A DNA stretch of 64,000 nucleotides, from NCBI RefSeq assembly GCF_009914755.1, contig NC_060925.1; one strand, written 5' to 3'. Below, one piece after another: positions 17,217 to 32,345 of the stretch; the first letter of the stretch is position 1; each line of letters begins with the position of its first letter. Source of the DNA: the human T2T-CHM13v2.0 reference genome, Homo sapiens. Made by a program: the position numbers and the translations under genes. A model generated the notes under the pieces. The model saw nothing but the letters and a program-made list of their open reading frames with translations, did no database searches and was not told the DNA's origin.

Positions 17217-18319
17217 TTACATCTAGTAAAATGCATAACTCTTAAGGGTACAATTTGATTAATTTAGATGCAACCCATACCATATATCAACATACAGAGT
17301 ATTTTCATTCCCTCCAGAAAGTTCACTTGTGCCCCTTCCCAGTCAATCCTGTTTCCCAGATATAATCACTTTTCCTCTTCCCTGTCTCATTTTTAAACAT
17401 ATATAAATTTTGCCTGATATAGAACTTCATATAAATAGAATCATACCATATGTGCTCTTTTGTGCCTACAATATCTACTACAAATGTTAAAAACAAAAAT
17501 ACTTTTGACTCAGAAAAATTGTACTTCTGGGAATTTATCCTAACAATATAAAAATGAAAATGTGTAAAGATTCAGAGAATGGGTAATTACTATAGCACTG
17601 TTTGTAACGGAAAATAAGTGGCAATGAACTATATCCATAATAGTGAAGTAAACTATGGCAAAATTCTTTAATAGACAATTTTGCAGTTATTAACAAATAT
17701 GCTTTATAAAAACACTTAATCACATAAAATATTATTTCAAGATATTACTAATTTTAAAAGAATGTATCATGATATATAGACAATCACATTTTTATTTAAA
17801 AATATGCAGAAGTATTACACTAAAATCTTACCTATGATTATCTGTGGACGGTAGGAAATAAAGATTTAAATCTTTTCCTTTTTGCTCATTTGTGCTTTTT
17901 ATAACAAACACATACTACTTTTCAAATAAGGCAAAAACTATCGGGCAGACTCTGAAACATCATAATGTATGACAGGCTATTCTACAAAGATATTACAGAA
18001 ATAATCTAATACATTTGTATTTTATTACCTTATATTGTAATAGACTGCTTTGCAAAGAAAAAGTTTCATTTTATCTAGAAAATGTTTTAAAAATCAAATT
18101 TCAATTAAGGCTAACTCACCATGGTTTGTAAAATGTTATCAGAAGGTAAGTGTCTGCATTTATGACGTAAGAATATTCTATCTGACCTTTAAGGATTATA
18201 GCTATAATGAAGAAATTATTTGAAAACAGGACTTACATAATCATTATAATTCTTAATTCCTTATATCTATTTTCCATCATATACCAAATACCATATGCTA
18301 AAAAAGTTACCTACACTCA

Positions 18320-18439
<120 letters not shown>

Positions 18440-18729
18440 CTAGCAAGAAGCACAGGGCACATTTTACTCAAGAAACAAAGACAAAAAACCAAACACAGAA
18501 GCAATATTTTTATCATAATGTGTTATCTTAGATTGTACATTGGGCATAATATAATTATTTACATTTCAACACATAAAACTGGCAGGCGTTCACTGTTCAA
18601 CAACTGGATGAATAAACAGTTAATGAACTCTTAGATGCTCAGCATTAAATATAAACTTCTAAGTACAGTGGAGAATATAAGAGAAATATTAGATAAAACA
18701 TCTGTCCTTAAATAATTAAACATATTGTT

Positions 18730-19500
18730 TGGAAGCAGAGCATTCCAAGCAAAGAAAATAGCTTATGCAAAGGTCACAATGCAGGAAAAAACAGTACTCT
18801 TTGAAGAATTAAAAGCAAGCAAGCATTGTTGGTGAAAGGGAAACAACAGTTTTAAGAGATAAGAAGGTAAAAACCAGATCATGCAGGGTCTTGAAGTACA
18901 TGTTAAAGATTTTGGCCTTCGTGCTAAGAAGGATAATGGGAAGCTGCTAAAAGCTTCTAAATAGGAAAGTGTCAGGATAAAATTTGTGTCTCAAAAAGAT
19001 TTACCCAGTGTAGAAAATAGAATAAAATTGCAAGAAAATATGGGGAACCAGGTAGGATGCTAGAGGAAAAGTCCAAGTGAGAAGATGGGTGTCTGAACTA
19101 GGTAGAGATAAAAGGATTGATTAGACATATATTTAGAAAACAGAACCAAAATGGAATGTAGTAACTGACTAGATGTTATGTTTAAAGGAGTGGAGGAGTC
19201 AAAGATGACTTCTGGATTTATGCACTGAGAAATGACATACATGGTGCTGCCAACATCTACCGAAAAGGAGAAACTAGGGTAGAAAAAAACTTTAAAGGAA
19301 AGATAGTAATTTTGGTTTTAGATATGTTGAGTTTAAGCTGCTTATGTGATAGTCTAGTGCAGGTATTCAGTAGGAAGTCATAAACACAGGCCTGAGTTTA
19401 GAAGAAATGTCTGGACTAGAGGTATAATTTTAGGAACTGGCATATATGGTTGAAAACTGAAGCTGCAGGCTAAATCCAATCACTTGGGCATGGGTATAAA
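18730..19500 (-). mobile_element. L2 fragment
   Basis: cattccaagcaaagaaaatagcttatgcaaagg; ggagtcaaagatgacttctggattt; ttttagatatgttgagtttaag. Confidence 0.7.
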
Positions 19501-22500
19501 ATGAGAAAAAAACATTTTTAGTGATAAGAGAAAAAGAAAGAGGGTCTGAAAAACAACAGACAAAAAGGTAAGAAGGAAAAGGTAGGCTACCTATGCCATT
19601 TAGCAGTAATCTAGATTTGTCATGGTGAGAAACAGCTGCTATAATAAAGGACAAATGAACAAATTTTATGCTATGTTTTGGAGAAGCTAGTCTTCTATTA
19701 TTGTCAAATCAGCAAATTAACTTAGTGTATAGTACATAAAGAGAGTTTTTTCTCAGCCCAAATTGTTAACAACAAATAGAAGTTATTCCTAAAATTTATA
19801 ATATAAAAACTTACTATGTTTTATCTCAGGGCAATACCTTTTTAGAACATGTTGGATTCATGCCTTCATGAATCCAACACAGCGAATAATAAATATTTAT
19901 TTATTTTAGACCTCTTTCTGTTAAATCTTGTTTTGATTACTGTTAGTTCAAGATGACTTCTGCATTTCAAAAATGATATGTGGTCAATATACAAAAATCA
20001 ATCACATTTCTATGTGTTAGCAATGAACAGCTGAAAACCAAAATTAAATTTGGTTAAATTAAATTAAATAAAAAACACAATACCACTCAAATTGTTAGGT
20101 ATAATTCTAAGCAAATACACTGATCTGTATGCTGAAAATTACAAAACACTGTAGCAGGTGAACGGCTGGCATGTATCATATGCTCCCCTTGAGGGCAGAT
20201 CTTTAACCACAAATATTACCACTGATAGTATCTCTGGGTAAGAATCATTAATACTTAATAATGCCACAGAATAAAAAAAGATTCAAGGGCAAAAGTAAAA
20301 TAATCTTAATTTACTGGATATATATTTAACAGATTTCACTACCTATCTGCCCAATAAAAATTAAATTACAAATAAAATTGCCAATAAAAATTAAATTACA
20401 AATTACCAAAAATGTAGGTGACAATCCTCTAATTAATTGCTATGTTTTCTAAACTGTAATTAAAAACCTACCATAGATTTTTTTCAATCTGAGAATCGGT
20501 TACATTGAAGCAATGTTTCAAGCAAAGTATTTATTGCTAACAAAAAGTATTTACTTCAAATCAACCTTTGTAGTATGAAAATTAGCCTTAAACACAGGGC
20601 TACAGGTCATTATTTTAGAAGGTAAATTTTCTCTAAAGTAATTTCCATATTAAATTCTACCTAGAAATAAACAATCAGAAACTAGATTTTTAGAAAATAA
20701 TGCATGGCTCGAAAACTTACTCAACTCCCATTCCCCATATCGAGCTAAATTAGGACTAAATATAAATGGAATGCATAATGATATAGAATTAGTTTTTCAT
20801 AATAAGAGAGATAAACATTTCAATTTTAATTAAAGCTTTCAAATTTAAAAAAGCAATGTTTAGTTCAAACTCCACATGAAAGAGTATGTCTTTAATTTGA
20901 TTGCTATGATGGCACTTCAAAAGTAAGTGTAATTGCTGACAACTAGAAAATATTAAAACTAGATTTGTTCTGTTTTAACTATGTCCATTGTCATCTTTTA
21001 CTAATTTACCAGAAAAGCACTAAAAGGGCTTCAGTCTGTGCGATGAAGAGGCAATAGTGTTCAATCAGACAAGTCCCATATTGAGTATCAGATACCAAAG
21101 ACCCATGACTGAAATCACTGTGTCTAGACTCTCTGGCACCTGACTTCACTTATTTACCACTGACCAGAGGCCAACCCCCACAGCTCTCTGTATTCACATA
21201 TAACTCTACCACCCCCATCCCCTACCCAAACATCTTTGAATGATTATACCAGAACTTTGCATGCCTCCGGAATCTCTTCTGACTGGCTACTCCCTAACTC
21301 TCCTGTTTGAAGTGATGCTCTGGTTTCTGAACTTCAGCAGATAATGGCAGGCAAGAGCAAAGGGGGCTGTCAGAAAGGACGTTTACCAGCATTCAGCTAA
21401 AAAGAAGCATGTAGATCAAAGGGGGCCATATAGGACAACTGTGGTGGAAAACATGTGGATCACTATGAAGATTCTTGCACACTGTTCTAGGATAAAATAT
21501 TAAATAACACCATGACATCACTACCTAACCATGTACTTTCATTGGCCATTCTATTACCAATAAATACTTTTATAAGCATCTGGATGGCATTTGCACCCAT
21601 TTAAACAAAACATGCATCTCAGAGGTCTAAATAACAATGAACTGTTAATGTGTACTTTTAACTATTATTAGAATACAACCATTAACTCCCGCTTATCCTC
21701 AAGTATGCCTACCTGAAACAATCTACCCACTGAGACCATTAAGATCATGTATAAAGACTTGACCTGGCCCCCAAATTTTACAGAACAGTGATACAATAGG
21801 GTAAGAAAATTAGAATACATTGGATAACTAGAGGTAATAAAGTACAAAGGAAGCAAAGCAATATAATATTGGGAGAGATTATGAGACATGTTGTATATAT
21901 AATCACCCACTCCGGATGCTAAATATTTTCTAAAAGTGAATTCTAATCTAATTATAGGTTTATTCTATAAAACACATATGTGATAGGCAGTACTTAAAAT
22001 GGACTATAAATGGGTCAAAATGGTGACAAAGATTTTACTAAGAATATCTTACTTTCATATAGTTTACAGTTTATAAAGCTCCTTTAATATATGTAATTAA
22101 TGAAGATGACTATATTCAATTTTTTTCATCATTGAAATGAATATGAATTACTACTAAGCCACTGCTTTCCTACATTCAAAGTCATGTTATTTGCAATACA
22201 TGAGGATTTTTACCAAGCAAAAATTAATATGCATAATTACAAACGAACAGAATATTATATTAACTCTAAGATATTCCAACCGGGGTTATGACTTTAGTAA
22301 GTAGGTTAATCAGTGGCTGATTAAACTCATGAATGAGTTTAAAGCCTTATTGATATTACATACATTACTTTGAGTAGCCAATACCTCTAAAGGAGTACCT
22401 TTTTAATTCCTGAAGGAAACTTGGAAATTTCATTTAATTTCTGACTTGTTTTCCATGATTCTTTTATTTTGCAATTAACTTGGCACTGGGTGGCAATAAA

Positions 22501-23763
22501 ACCACGTCAACTTTTCTCTTTAAATATGTAAAATTTGGCACTATAAGTTAAAAGTTATAGGCTGGATACCACATTAGGAGCAAATATATTGTACAGTATC
22601 ATTTGGTTTTCTCAAAATACCAGCTCATATAGAAGCTTTGGGATGTTTACAACATAATTGGGTAACATAACCTTATTCTGTTAAGGGCTGAAATTTCAAA
22701 AAGAAAAAAATGGGAAAAAGAAAACATCAAAAATCCTTGACCTCCTAAATTTGGGAAATATTGTTCACAAAATACAGATTACACATGTTCTGAAAACTTC
22801 ATTGCATACATGTTTGATGTTAGAAAACTGTCTGGTAAGAAAATATGCACGGATATTGCTCCTGAAAAGGTATGGGAGCAATTTTCTGTATACACAGTTT
22901 TAAATTGCAATAATAACAGTATCTAAAAAGTAATCTAGACAGACTCTTATTTCTGATTCTTTCATTTAAAATAAAATTTTACATTTTATATTTGAGATTA
23001 TACATTCTAGAAGAATAGGATAACTCCAAATTCAAAATTCTATAAGTAAGTTTCCTATCCTTCTTGGTTTGCATTTATCTTTTATTTAATGCTATTCTCT
23101 TTAAAATCTAAATCTGGATAAAGACAGTCAATCTCGGTAAGAATATTATGTTTTTGGCTGCTTTCCAGTTCATATCCTGTGGTCAATGAAGTTCTGACTC
23201 TAAATGGAATCGGAAAAGGAACACCCTTTGAAACTGCAAAGCAGAAACCTTTAGAACATATGGAGTGAGACTGTAGTAAATCACCTGTAATCTCACTTTG
23301 ACTTGGCTACTCTTTTATTGAAAACTTGTTTGACAAAGAGTTTGATTACACTTTGCATTGAGTATAGTCTGACATGCATTACCTCTATAAGACACCTGCC
23401 TTGCTAGATAAGATATGCTGTATATTCTTTCAGGGATGTCTATTTCCTATAAACAAGCGTAATTAGTTTATCCCCTGATATAAAAGTCTAAGAAATTACC
23501 CTTGAGAGTTTATCAATTTTTTAAATACATGTAAGTGAAATGTTAAAATTCTTGAATAGCAAATCACTTTTAGTACTGTTTTATTTAATTTGGAATGAAT
23601 GAAAGAACAGTCAATTAGAATTAATAAAAAGTTATGGTCTATTTTTTACTATATATTATTTTTCAAGTAACATGCATTTAATAATTCTTTTTAGACAAGG
23701 AATTATGTAGTAGGAGTCAAGAGGAATTACCTTCATAAGTACGATTTGTTCATATTCTTCTAA

Positions 23764-23967
<204 letters not shown>

Positions 23968-24539
23968 TGAAATACCAAAAATTCACACTAGCATATAACT
24001 TTACTTTAACATTGACTAGATTGACTTCTTTCAGCAAGCCCATGTCTGTTGGTTGTACAGAAGGTAAATATCTTTTAGTGTTTATGGAAGTGTCATGGTA
24101 GGAAAAGTAAATGCAAATAAAGCAATCCTTTAGAGTAGTGCATACCTTAACTCAGGAATGCAGATTATGCAAAGATAGCATTGGAATAATTTTGCTCATA
24201 TTTCAAAAATTCTAGTGAAGTTTTTACACAGAGTATGTTTATTGTATATCATACATCCTACAATTTTTGTTTTAGAAAACTATTTTATAAAAAATAATGT
24301 AATATTAAAAATCAGCCCAAATAGTGTTACAATAATCATAATTCAAATTAGTGGAAGGTAGTTTAATAAAGAGTAATGACATAATAGTGATCCTATGAAT
24401 GTTAATTCCCTAAGAGTAAAATTGTTATGATGTACAGAATCTCTACCCTTATAACATACAGTCCATGTTACAAAAAAAATCAATAAACTCCTTCAAGACA
24501 TTTAGGACAGATATTTATTTAGGTCTATTTAGACCTAAC

Positions 24540-25790
24540 ATATAATACATATCTAGCCACTGAATCATAGCAAAAATCTTTCTTGAGAGCAGTTGTATAA
24601 AAATGAAAGAATTTTGATGAAACATTTTCCCATCAGAGAATGCAAAGCAATTAAAACTATTAATATTAACCATAAACAAAATTAAAAGACATGTGACAAA
24701 CTTAAGCAATATTTGTAACATAAAATTAAAATAGTTATTATATACATTGATCTTATTTGTTAATAATAAAAATATTAACAAATCAGTTAAAAAATTGGGA
24801 AGGCCCATTTTGGTGGCTCATACTTGCAATCCCAGCACTTTGGGAGGACAAGCGGGGGAAGATTACTTGAAGCCAGGAGTTTGAGACTATCCTGGGCAAG
24901 AAAGCCAGACCCTGTCTGTATAAAAAATAAAAAATAAAAAAATTAACCAGTCATGGTGGTGCACACCTGTAGTCCTAGCTACCCAGGAGGCTGAGGCAGG
25001 AGGATTGCTTGAGCCTAGGTATTAAGGCTCCAGTGAGCTATGACTGTACCACTGAACTTTAGCCTGGGCAACAGAGCAAGATCCTGTCTCAAAAAAAAAA
25101 AGGAAGGAAGGAAGGAAAGACTGGCAAGAGATATGAATGATCTGTAACAGAATATGGATAATAAACACATGAAAAAATGTTCAACCTCACCAATATTCAT
25201 GGAAATGCAAATAAAAAGAAATAACGAACCACTGCATATTTAGAAGAACAATAATATCCAGTGTTGCTAAAAATTAAATGCTAGCTGGAAATAAAAACTT
25301 ATGTTTTCTTAGAAGATATTTTGGCCAAAACAAAGACACAAGTGTTTATTATCTTTTGACTTAGCTATCCTACTTTTAAGAATTTAAACTAAAGAAAAAT
25401 TCAGAGACGTGGGGAAGCATTTACAAATATGATATCTCACATTATTTTCATTTGCTTACATTCATTTTTATGTGATAAATGGGAAAAAATCTAAACATAC
25501 AATTTAACAATATTTAAATTATGTTACATCCATGTAATAGAATATTATACAATTAAAAATAATTTTTGAAGAATGTTCAGTGACATGAGAGTATAATTAT
25601 GATATATTAATAAAGCAATATGTAAATATTACATATACCATGTAATCTCAATATATTATTTTTTAAGTATGTAGAGAGAAGTGTACCAAAGTGTTAAATA
25701 GTTATCTCTAAGTTTGGGATAATGGAAAGTTATTTTCATTTTTATACAGTTCTGTACTTCCTCAATTTTCTATAATAAATTTGTAGTATT
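24540..25790 (+). mobile_element. Old L1 (L1ME-like) 3' region interrupted by an AluJ
   Basis: taataaacacatgaaaaaatgttcaacctcacc...ggaaatgcaaataaaaa. Confidence 0.6.
24802..25100 (+). mobile_element. AluJ followed by short (GGAA)n
   Basis: ggaggattgcttgagcctagg and cagtgagctatgactgtaccactg; A tail. Confidence 0.9.
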
Positions 25791-25877
25791 ATTAAGAAGA
25801 GAACTTTTTTAGAGAGAAAATCTTGACAAATCAAGAGAAAAGAGTAAAAAATATATATATTTGTTAAATGTTTTTCA

Positions 25878-26027
<150 letters not shown>

Positions 26028-26828
26028 CTATAAATATATATTTTTTATATAGCACACTCATGTTAATGTACTACAACTTAAACTACTGAATAAAATCTTT
26101 ATATAAACTTAATCTGAAAAATATTTTGAGCTATCTATTTCAAATCCAAAATTTAGAGCAAGCATATTCATGTTATATGTGAAACATCACTAATTTCCAA
26201 GAAAGAATGTCTATTTCCCAAGGTATAGTTTTGAAAAAGAAAATTAACCATAGGAATTAATTATTTTCATGAGTCCAATATAAAAACAATTGGGTCATTA
26301 GCCTCCCCATCTTTACTGTTTTATCAAAATATGTGATTAATACATTCATTGACAGTGGTGATGTTTAGATATAGTAAATAAAAAAGCATCTTTCTACAAA
26401 TCAGAAACTGAAAATATCATCCAAATGATGAAAGAAGTAAAGTAGTAGTTATAACAAAAAAATAAAATATATGACTATAAAATGCTATAGGCTATAACAC
26501 AGCCGAAATATAGTATGAAGAATGTCTCAGAACTTCTAAGGTAAGATTATTCTGGTTTTATATGCTTTGAAACTGAAAAAAAGTGAATACATATCAAGAT
26601 TTGAAAAACAAAATGGGACTTTAATATATTATTTAATCCTACCTGCTTTCAGACAGAACATATTTTAAGGACCTACTTACAATCTCAAAGTCAGTGATAA
26701 AACTAGAGCCAGAAAAGTTGCCTAACTAAAAATTTTATCCAAAAAACAATATCCTTTTTGAAAATTCTAGGCCATGAGAAATTCTGAAGATATTCCCAAG
26801 GTAGTTAGAAATTCTTTAGAGGAAATAA

Positions 26829-27153
<325 letters not shown>

Positions 27154-27364
27154 CTAAACTGGTATTTTCACAAGGCCTAGTGTAGAACATGGAAGTTGTT
27201 CAGTAAGTATCTGCTGATTGATTCTGTTTTTAATATTTAAATATAAAAGCTGAAGAAATAAACTCATTTAATCAAGACAGAAATTACTAGTTCTAAAAGG
27301 GGTTCAGAATTAGAGACAAAGATTTGAGACAGAAGTATTCAGTTTCAAGAGGTCTTTCAAGCAT

Positions 27365-27866
<502 letters not shown>

Positions 27867-30800
27867 TTATCTAACATATAACCTCCATGAAAGCAAGGAC
27901 TTTATTCACTGCATTATCCCCAGATGCAAGAATAGTACCTAGCACAGAGTAGGTATTTAATAATTGTTGATTGGTTAATAATAATTTATTAAACATTTAC
28001 TATATATCAAGAGCCATGCTAAACAGACTGTATGGCATTGAATCTCAAAACAATCTGTCAAATAGGTCTTATCATCCCTATGTTTCAGATGAGAAATCTA
28101 CAGTTTAGAGAAAAATAAATACTTGCCACACAGCCTTGTCAGTGGTTGAGTGGGGATTTAACCACAGGTCTCTCTGATTCCCAAATCTTTACCAGGTTAT
28201 GTTACAATACTACTCTCAAACATTTTTCTTCCTCATCTGATGCCTTTGGTATTCAACATTTTTATATCACAAGGTAAAACTGTTTTCTAAGTAAGACATC
28301 ATCAGGTATAAAAGACTGATTAACACTGATATATGAGGGAATTAAACATGTTTTAAAAATATACTGCTTTTTAAATCCAGGTTTTAGATTTTGCATCTTG
28401 CAAAACTGTTTGGCTAATTCTATTTCCTACTGCTTACAATAGCAGTAAGAACAACTCCTTGGGATAAGATAAAAACAATATATGTTTTTCAGATGAACGG
28501 ACACTAGTAAGCATTTTCACCTTAAATAAAATCTATAAATTCACTAATTCAACTATTTGGAATACAACATATACAGGAAATACATTTTATTTATATGAAA
28601 TAATATTTATTTATTTCATCTATTTTTAATTTTTCCCTATGGTATTATTTATAGAAAAATTAAATTTATAGAAAATTTACAGAATAGAGAGTCAAATCAT
28701 TTAAGGTAAATTTCACATTTCTTCTATTGTTTGAAGAGCTTTACTACAAAATTTATAAAGAAGAGAGAAGCTGAATTAGAGTCAGAGATAGGCTCTAAGG
28801 ATAATGATTATTGACTAAGGTTAAAATAAAGCTAAGATAAAGTAATGTGGGAGAAAATAATATTTAAAGTTTTTGTTTAGGGGTAAGAATTTTATTTGGC
28901 GGGCAGTAGGTAAAAATTGTGAAATCGCTCCAAGTAAGAGAAAAGTGCAGACAAATAAATGTTCTTAACCCCAACAATTTTGTCCTTGAGTTTGGAGCAA
29001 TCTAAATATGTAAGATTTATCAATTTTAATGTTAGATTTTAACAGACCACATTTTTATACGGTTGAAGGCACCAATTTATACTTATTCTAGTATAAAGCA
29101 CATTTGCCATAGCAAAACTTAACGTTTGAACAGGTTCTCATGATACGTAGGTTAAACATGAAAAATTCCAACTTTATTCCCCAAGAAGGTAGGAATCCCT
29201 TAGTCTTGGTCTGACTGTATTTTACATTATTTTTTTTCCCCCGGAAATTGAGATATTTGAAAATCTTTTCAAACAGAGTTTTAAAGCAAACTCATATTCT
29301 GAAGGAAAGTTTCTCTTTCCCTGTGATTCTAGTTATTTTCTATCTGTCATTCAGCTGTGGATAAGTCCTAGTCTTACTTAATTTTTAAAAAATATTTGAA
29401 GATATTTTCTCTAGTAATGGATTCACTGAAAAGTAGGATTCCAAGTAATACAACTTATTAAATGGTAAAAGAAACAAAGAGAAATCAATAACCAATATAA
29501 AAGATTCTTCAACAACAAAGTAAATAATCAAACATTAAAATTCAATGTGAGGCTAGGAATGAAACAGGAAGCTATTCTATACTCTAGGAGAATCTGTCTG
29601 CTGCTCATGTCAATGAAAAAATTCTAAAAAGCAATGTCCTGAGGTGGCACATCATTCAGGTAAGGTGAGAGGAAGGAAAGACTCACCTTTAAAACATAGG
29701 TACTACATTAAAAGAACAAGAAATTCCTGAACATTGGGAGAAGCTAAAAAAATTAAAATAAATAAAAGAATAACAAGGGAAATTCTCTAATTAATTTTAT
29801 ATACATGTATGTATACATATAGCTTGTGTGTGTGTGTGTAGCTTCCAAAGGCAAACTCAGGATAAAGGGTATCTGTTAGAACAGAAAGTACAGAGAAGAG
29901 TCCAAAAATTATAATAATTTCTACTGGCAGATGAATAATATAGATAAGAAGCAGTTCTCAGATATAACAATTTATATTAATTTTATATAGTGAAACTAAA
30001 CGTCTAATTTCCAAAAGTAGGATGATTCATTTTGCAGCCAGTCCTAATTCTGCTCTTATGTACTTTCTCATTTTCCTTTTCTCTTCACACTTATGGTCAA
30101 AGGTGAAAGTTCCTTGCAGTTCTCCCACACCTTCCTGCTTTAACAGAGGATCTGTGATCCTCTATTAAAAAAACTCTGAATACGTTTCCAATTTCCTATA
30201 ATATTCATCTAAAATGATCATCATATCCAAAAGTTTGCTAAAAACTAAAGGACTGAAGTTAAGAGAAGCTCTAGGGACACAAGGCTATGGACAACTAATC
30301 TTTCTTATACCACAATTCTCTGAGAGAAGGTTAAAGAGAATGGGTTAAACAAACAATGGTATTGTTCCTATTGCATGTTCAACATAGTTTTTCTCATTTA
30401 GACCTTACAGTAATTAAAGGGGTAGGTATTATCTTTGATTCAGAGATGAGGCAATGACATTCACTAAGGCTATGACCCTTTCAAAAGGAAACACAGATGT
30501 GAATCTGGGATTCAAACCTAGGTCTGACTATAAAGCTCATGCATGTACTTTTAACCAAGCCTTCCAGGAGGCAGCAGAGGGAGTGAAATCAATAATGCCA
30601 AATAAATGTAAGTTATCATCATCATTCCTTAGGGCGAAGTACAGGAAGGAGATGCATCTAGAGGGACTCTGTACGATCTGCTGGACCTGGGACTCATGGG
30701 GAAAAGGGTGAGAAGATTGGCAGTGGTGAAGAGAAGACATGAAATGGAGAAATGCAATCAGATATTTCTCAGAGGACCTGTGCCCAGATATAGCAGGTTC

Positions 30801-30994
30801 CAATGGATGAAATAATTTCCTGATGGGGCAAACTGCATTATCCCCCAAGCAGTTTTGAGGACTAGACCTACAGCAGCCTAAGTTCTGAAACTCATTCTCA
30901 CTAAATTGGACAATAACTGCATCGATCTGTGATTTTATGAGAAAAACAAGGTGCTAGAAGCTTAAAACATAGGTAGACTGATAAAAGCAATACT

Positions 30995-31250
30995 CTAACA
31001 TTGGCTGACAGCTCAGGCTCTGGAGGCAGAATGCTCGGGTTCAATCTGTGGCTCTTCCACTCATTAGCTATACAGTCTTGTGAATGTTATTTAAATTCTG
31101 TGTTTCAGTTTCATCATCTGTAAAAATGGGATAATAACTGTACCTACCTGAAAAGGTTGTTGTGTGAGGATGAGATGAGAGAATCCTGGTAAAGCAATTA
31201 GCACTAAGTTTGACATACAATAAATCAATTCAATAAATATCATTTCTTAT
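30995..31250 (+). mobile_element. MIR
   Basis: ctcaggctctggaggcaga...gggttcaatc...cagtttcatcatctgtaaaaatgggataataactgtacctacct. Confidence 0.8.
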
Positions 31251-31495
31251 TATTATGTTGACAATAACATTTTTTCTGTTTTACTAATACAACAGTACTA
31301 TCATGTGTTCCTAATATATATGATGCTTTGTGTTTTTTATCCTCAAGACTTGAACTGTAGTTAGAAGTAAAGTAAGTTGGAGAGGCAGCCGAGATTTCTG
31401 AGATAAGCTAGACACAGTTCAGAGGTATACTCTGAGCCTATGGCCGAGCCACTTACCTTTCTACCTAGTCATTTTCCTATAAAGCTCTGCTGTTT

Positions 31496-31813
31496 GGCCG
31501 GACACAGAGGTTCATGCCTGTAATCTCAGCACTTTGGGAGGCTGAGGCATGTGGATTACCTGAGGTCAGGAGTTCAAGACCAGCCTGGCCATCATGATGA
31601 AACCCTGTCTCTACTAAAACATAAAAATTTGCCAGGCATGATGGCAGGTGCCTATAATCCCAGCTACTCAGGAAGCTGAGATGTGAGAATCACTTGAATC
31701 TGGGAGATGGTGGTTGCAGTGAGCCGAGATCGTACCACTCCACTCCAGCCTGGGCAGCTGAGTGAGACGTCTCAAAAAAAAAAAAAAAGAAAAAAAAAGG
31801 ATAAAAAAAAAAA
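31496..31813 (+). mobile_element. AluSx-like element with TSD
   Basis: ctctgctgtt on both flanks (31485-31494 and 31815-31824). Confidence 0.9.
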
Positions 31814-32285
31814 ACTCTGCTGTTCATAAAATTTAGGCTTAGGAGAATCATCTTATACCTGAGGCTCTACTCAGTGACCCATATGTAATAAGAACCCATC
31901 ATCATTCTCTCACTCTCATAGAGTTATAAATCCCTTAATGGAAAAAAAAAAAAACTTTAGTAAAGAAAATGATCCCCTCTCAATACCCCCCTCCACACAC
32001 ATTCAGAAATCTCTTATCCTTTCAGGTTTCCTTCTTTTAACAGAACTTACTTTCACTCTTAAAGTGGGGAACAGTCATGGAGATGATGGGCTATCAAGCA
32101 GACGAAAGAACAGACAGAAGTCTGAGGACACTGAAGAGAAACCTCACAATTAGCTACCCTGTTTCATTTACCTTTAAACAGCATGTCCCAGGCAAATAAA
32201 ACCTATATGACAGAGGTGTTTTCCCCATGTTTTAGCTGAACACAACTGAACAAAAGAAATCGGACTACAACTAGTGCTTCACCAG

Positions 32286-32338
<53 letters not shown>

Positions 32339-32345
32339 ACACACA
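32286..32345. repeat. Compound (TA)n(CA)n microsatellite
   Basis: Read directly from the sequence. Confidence 0.95.
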
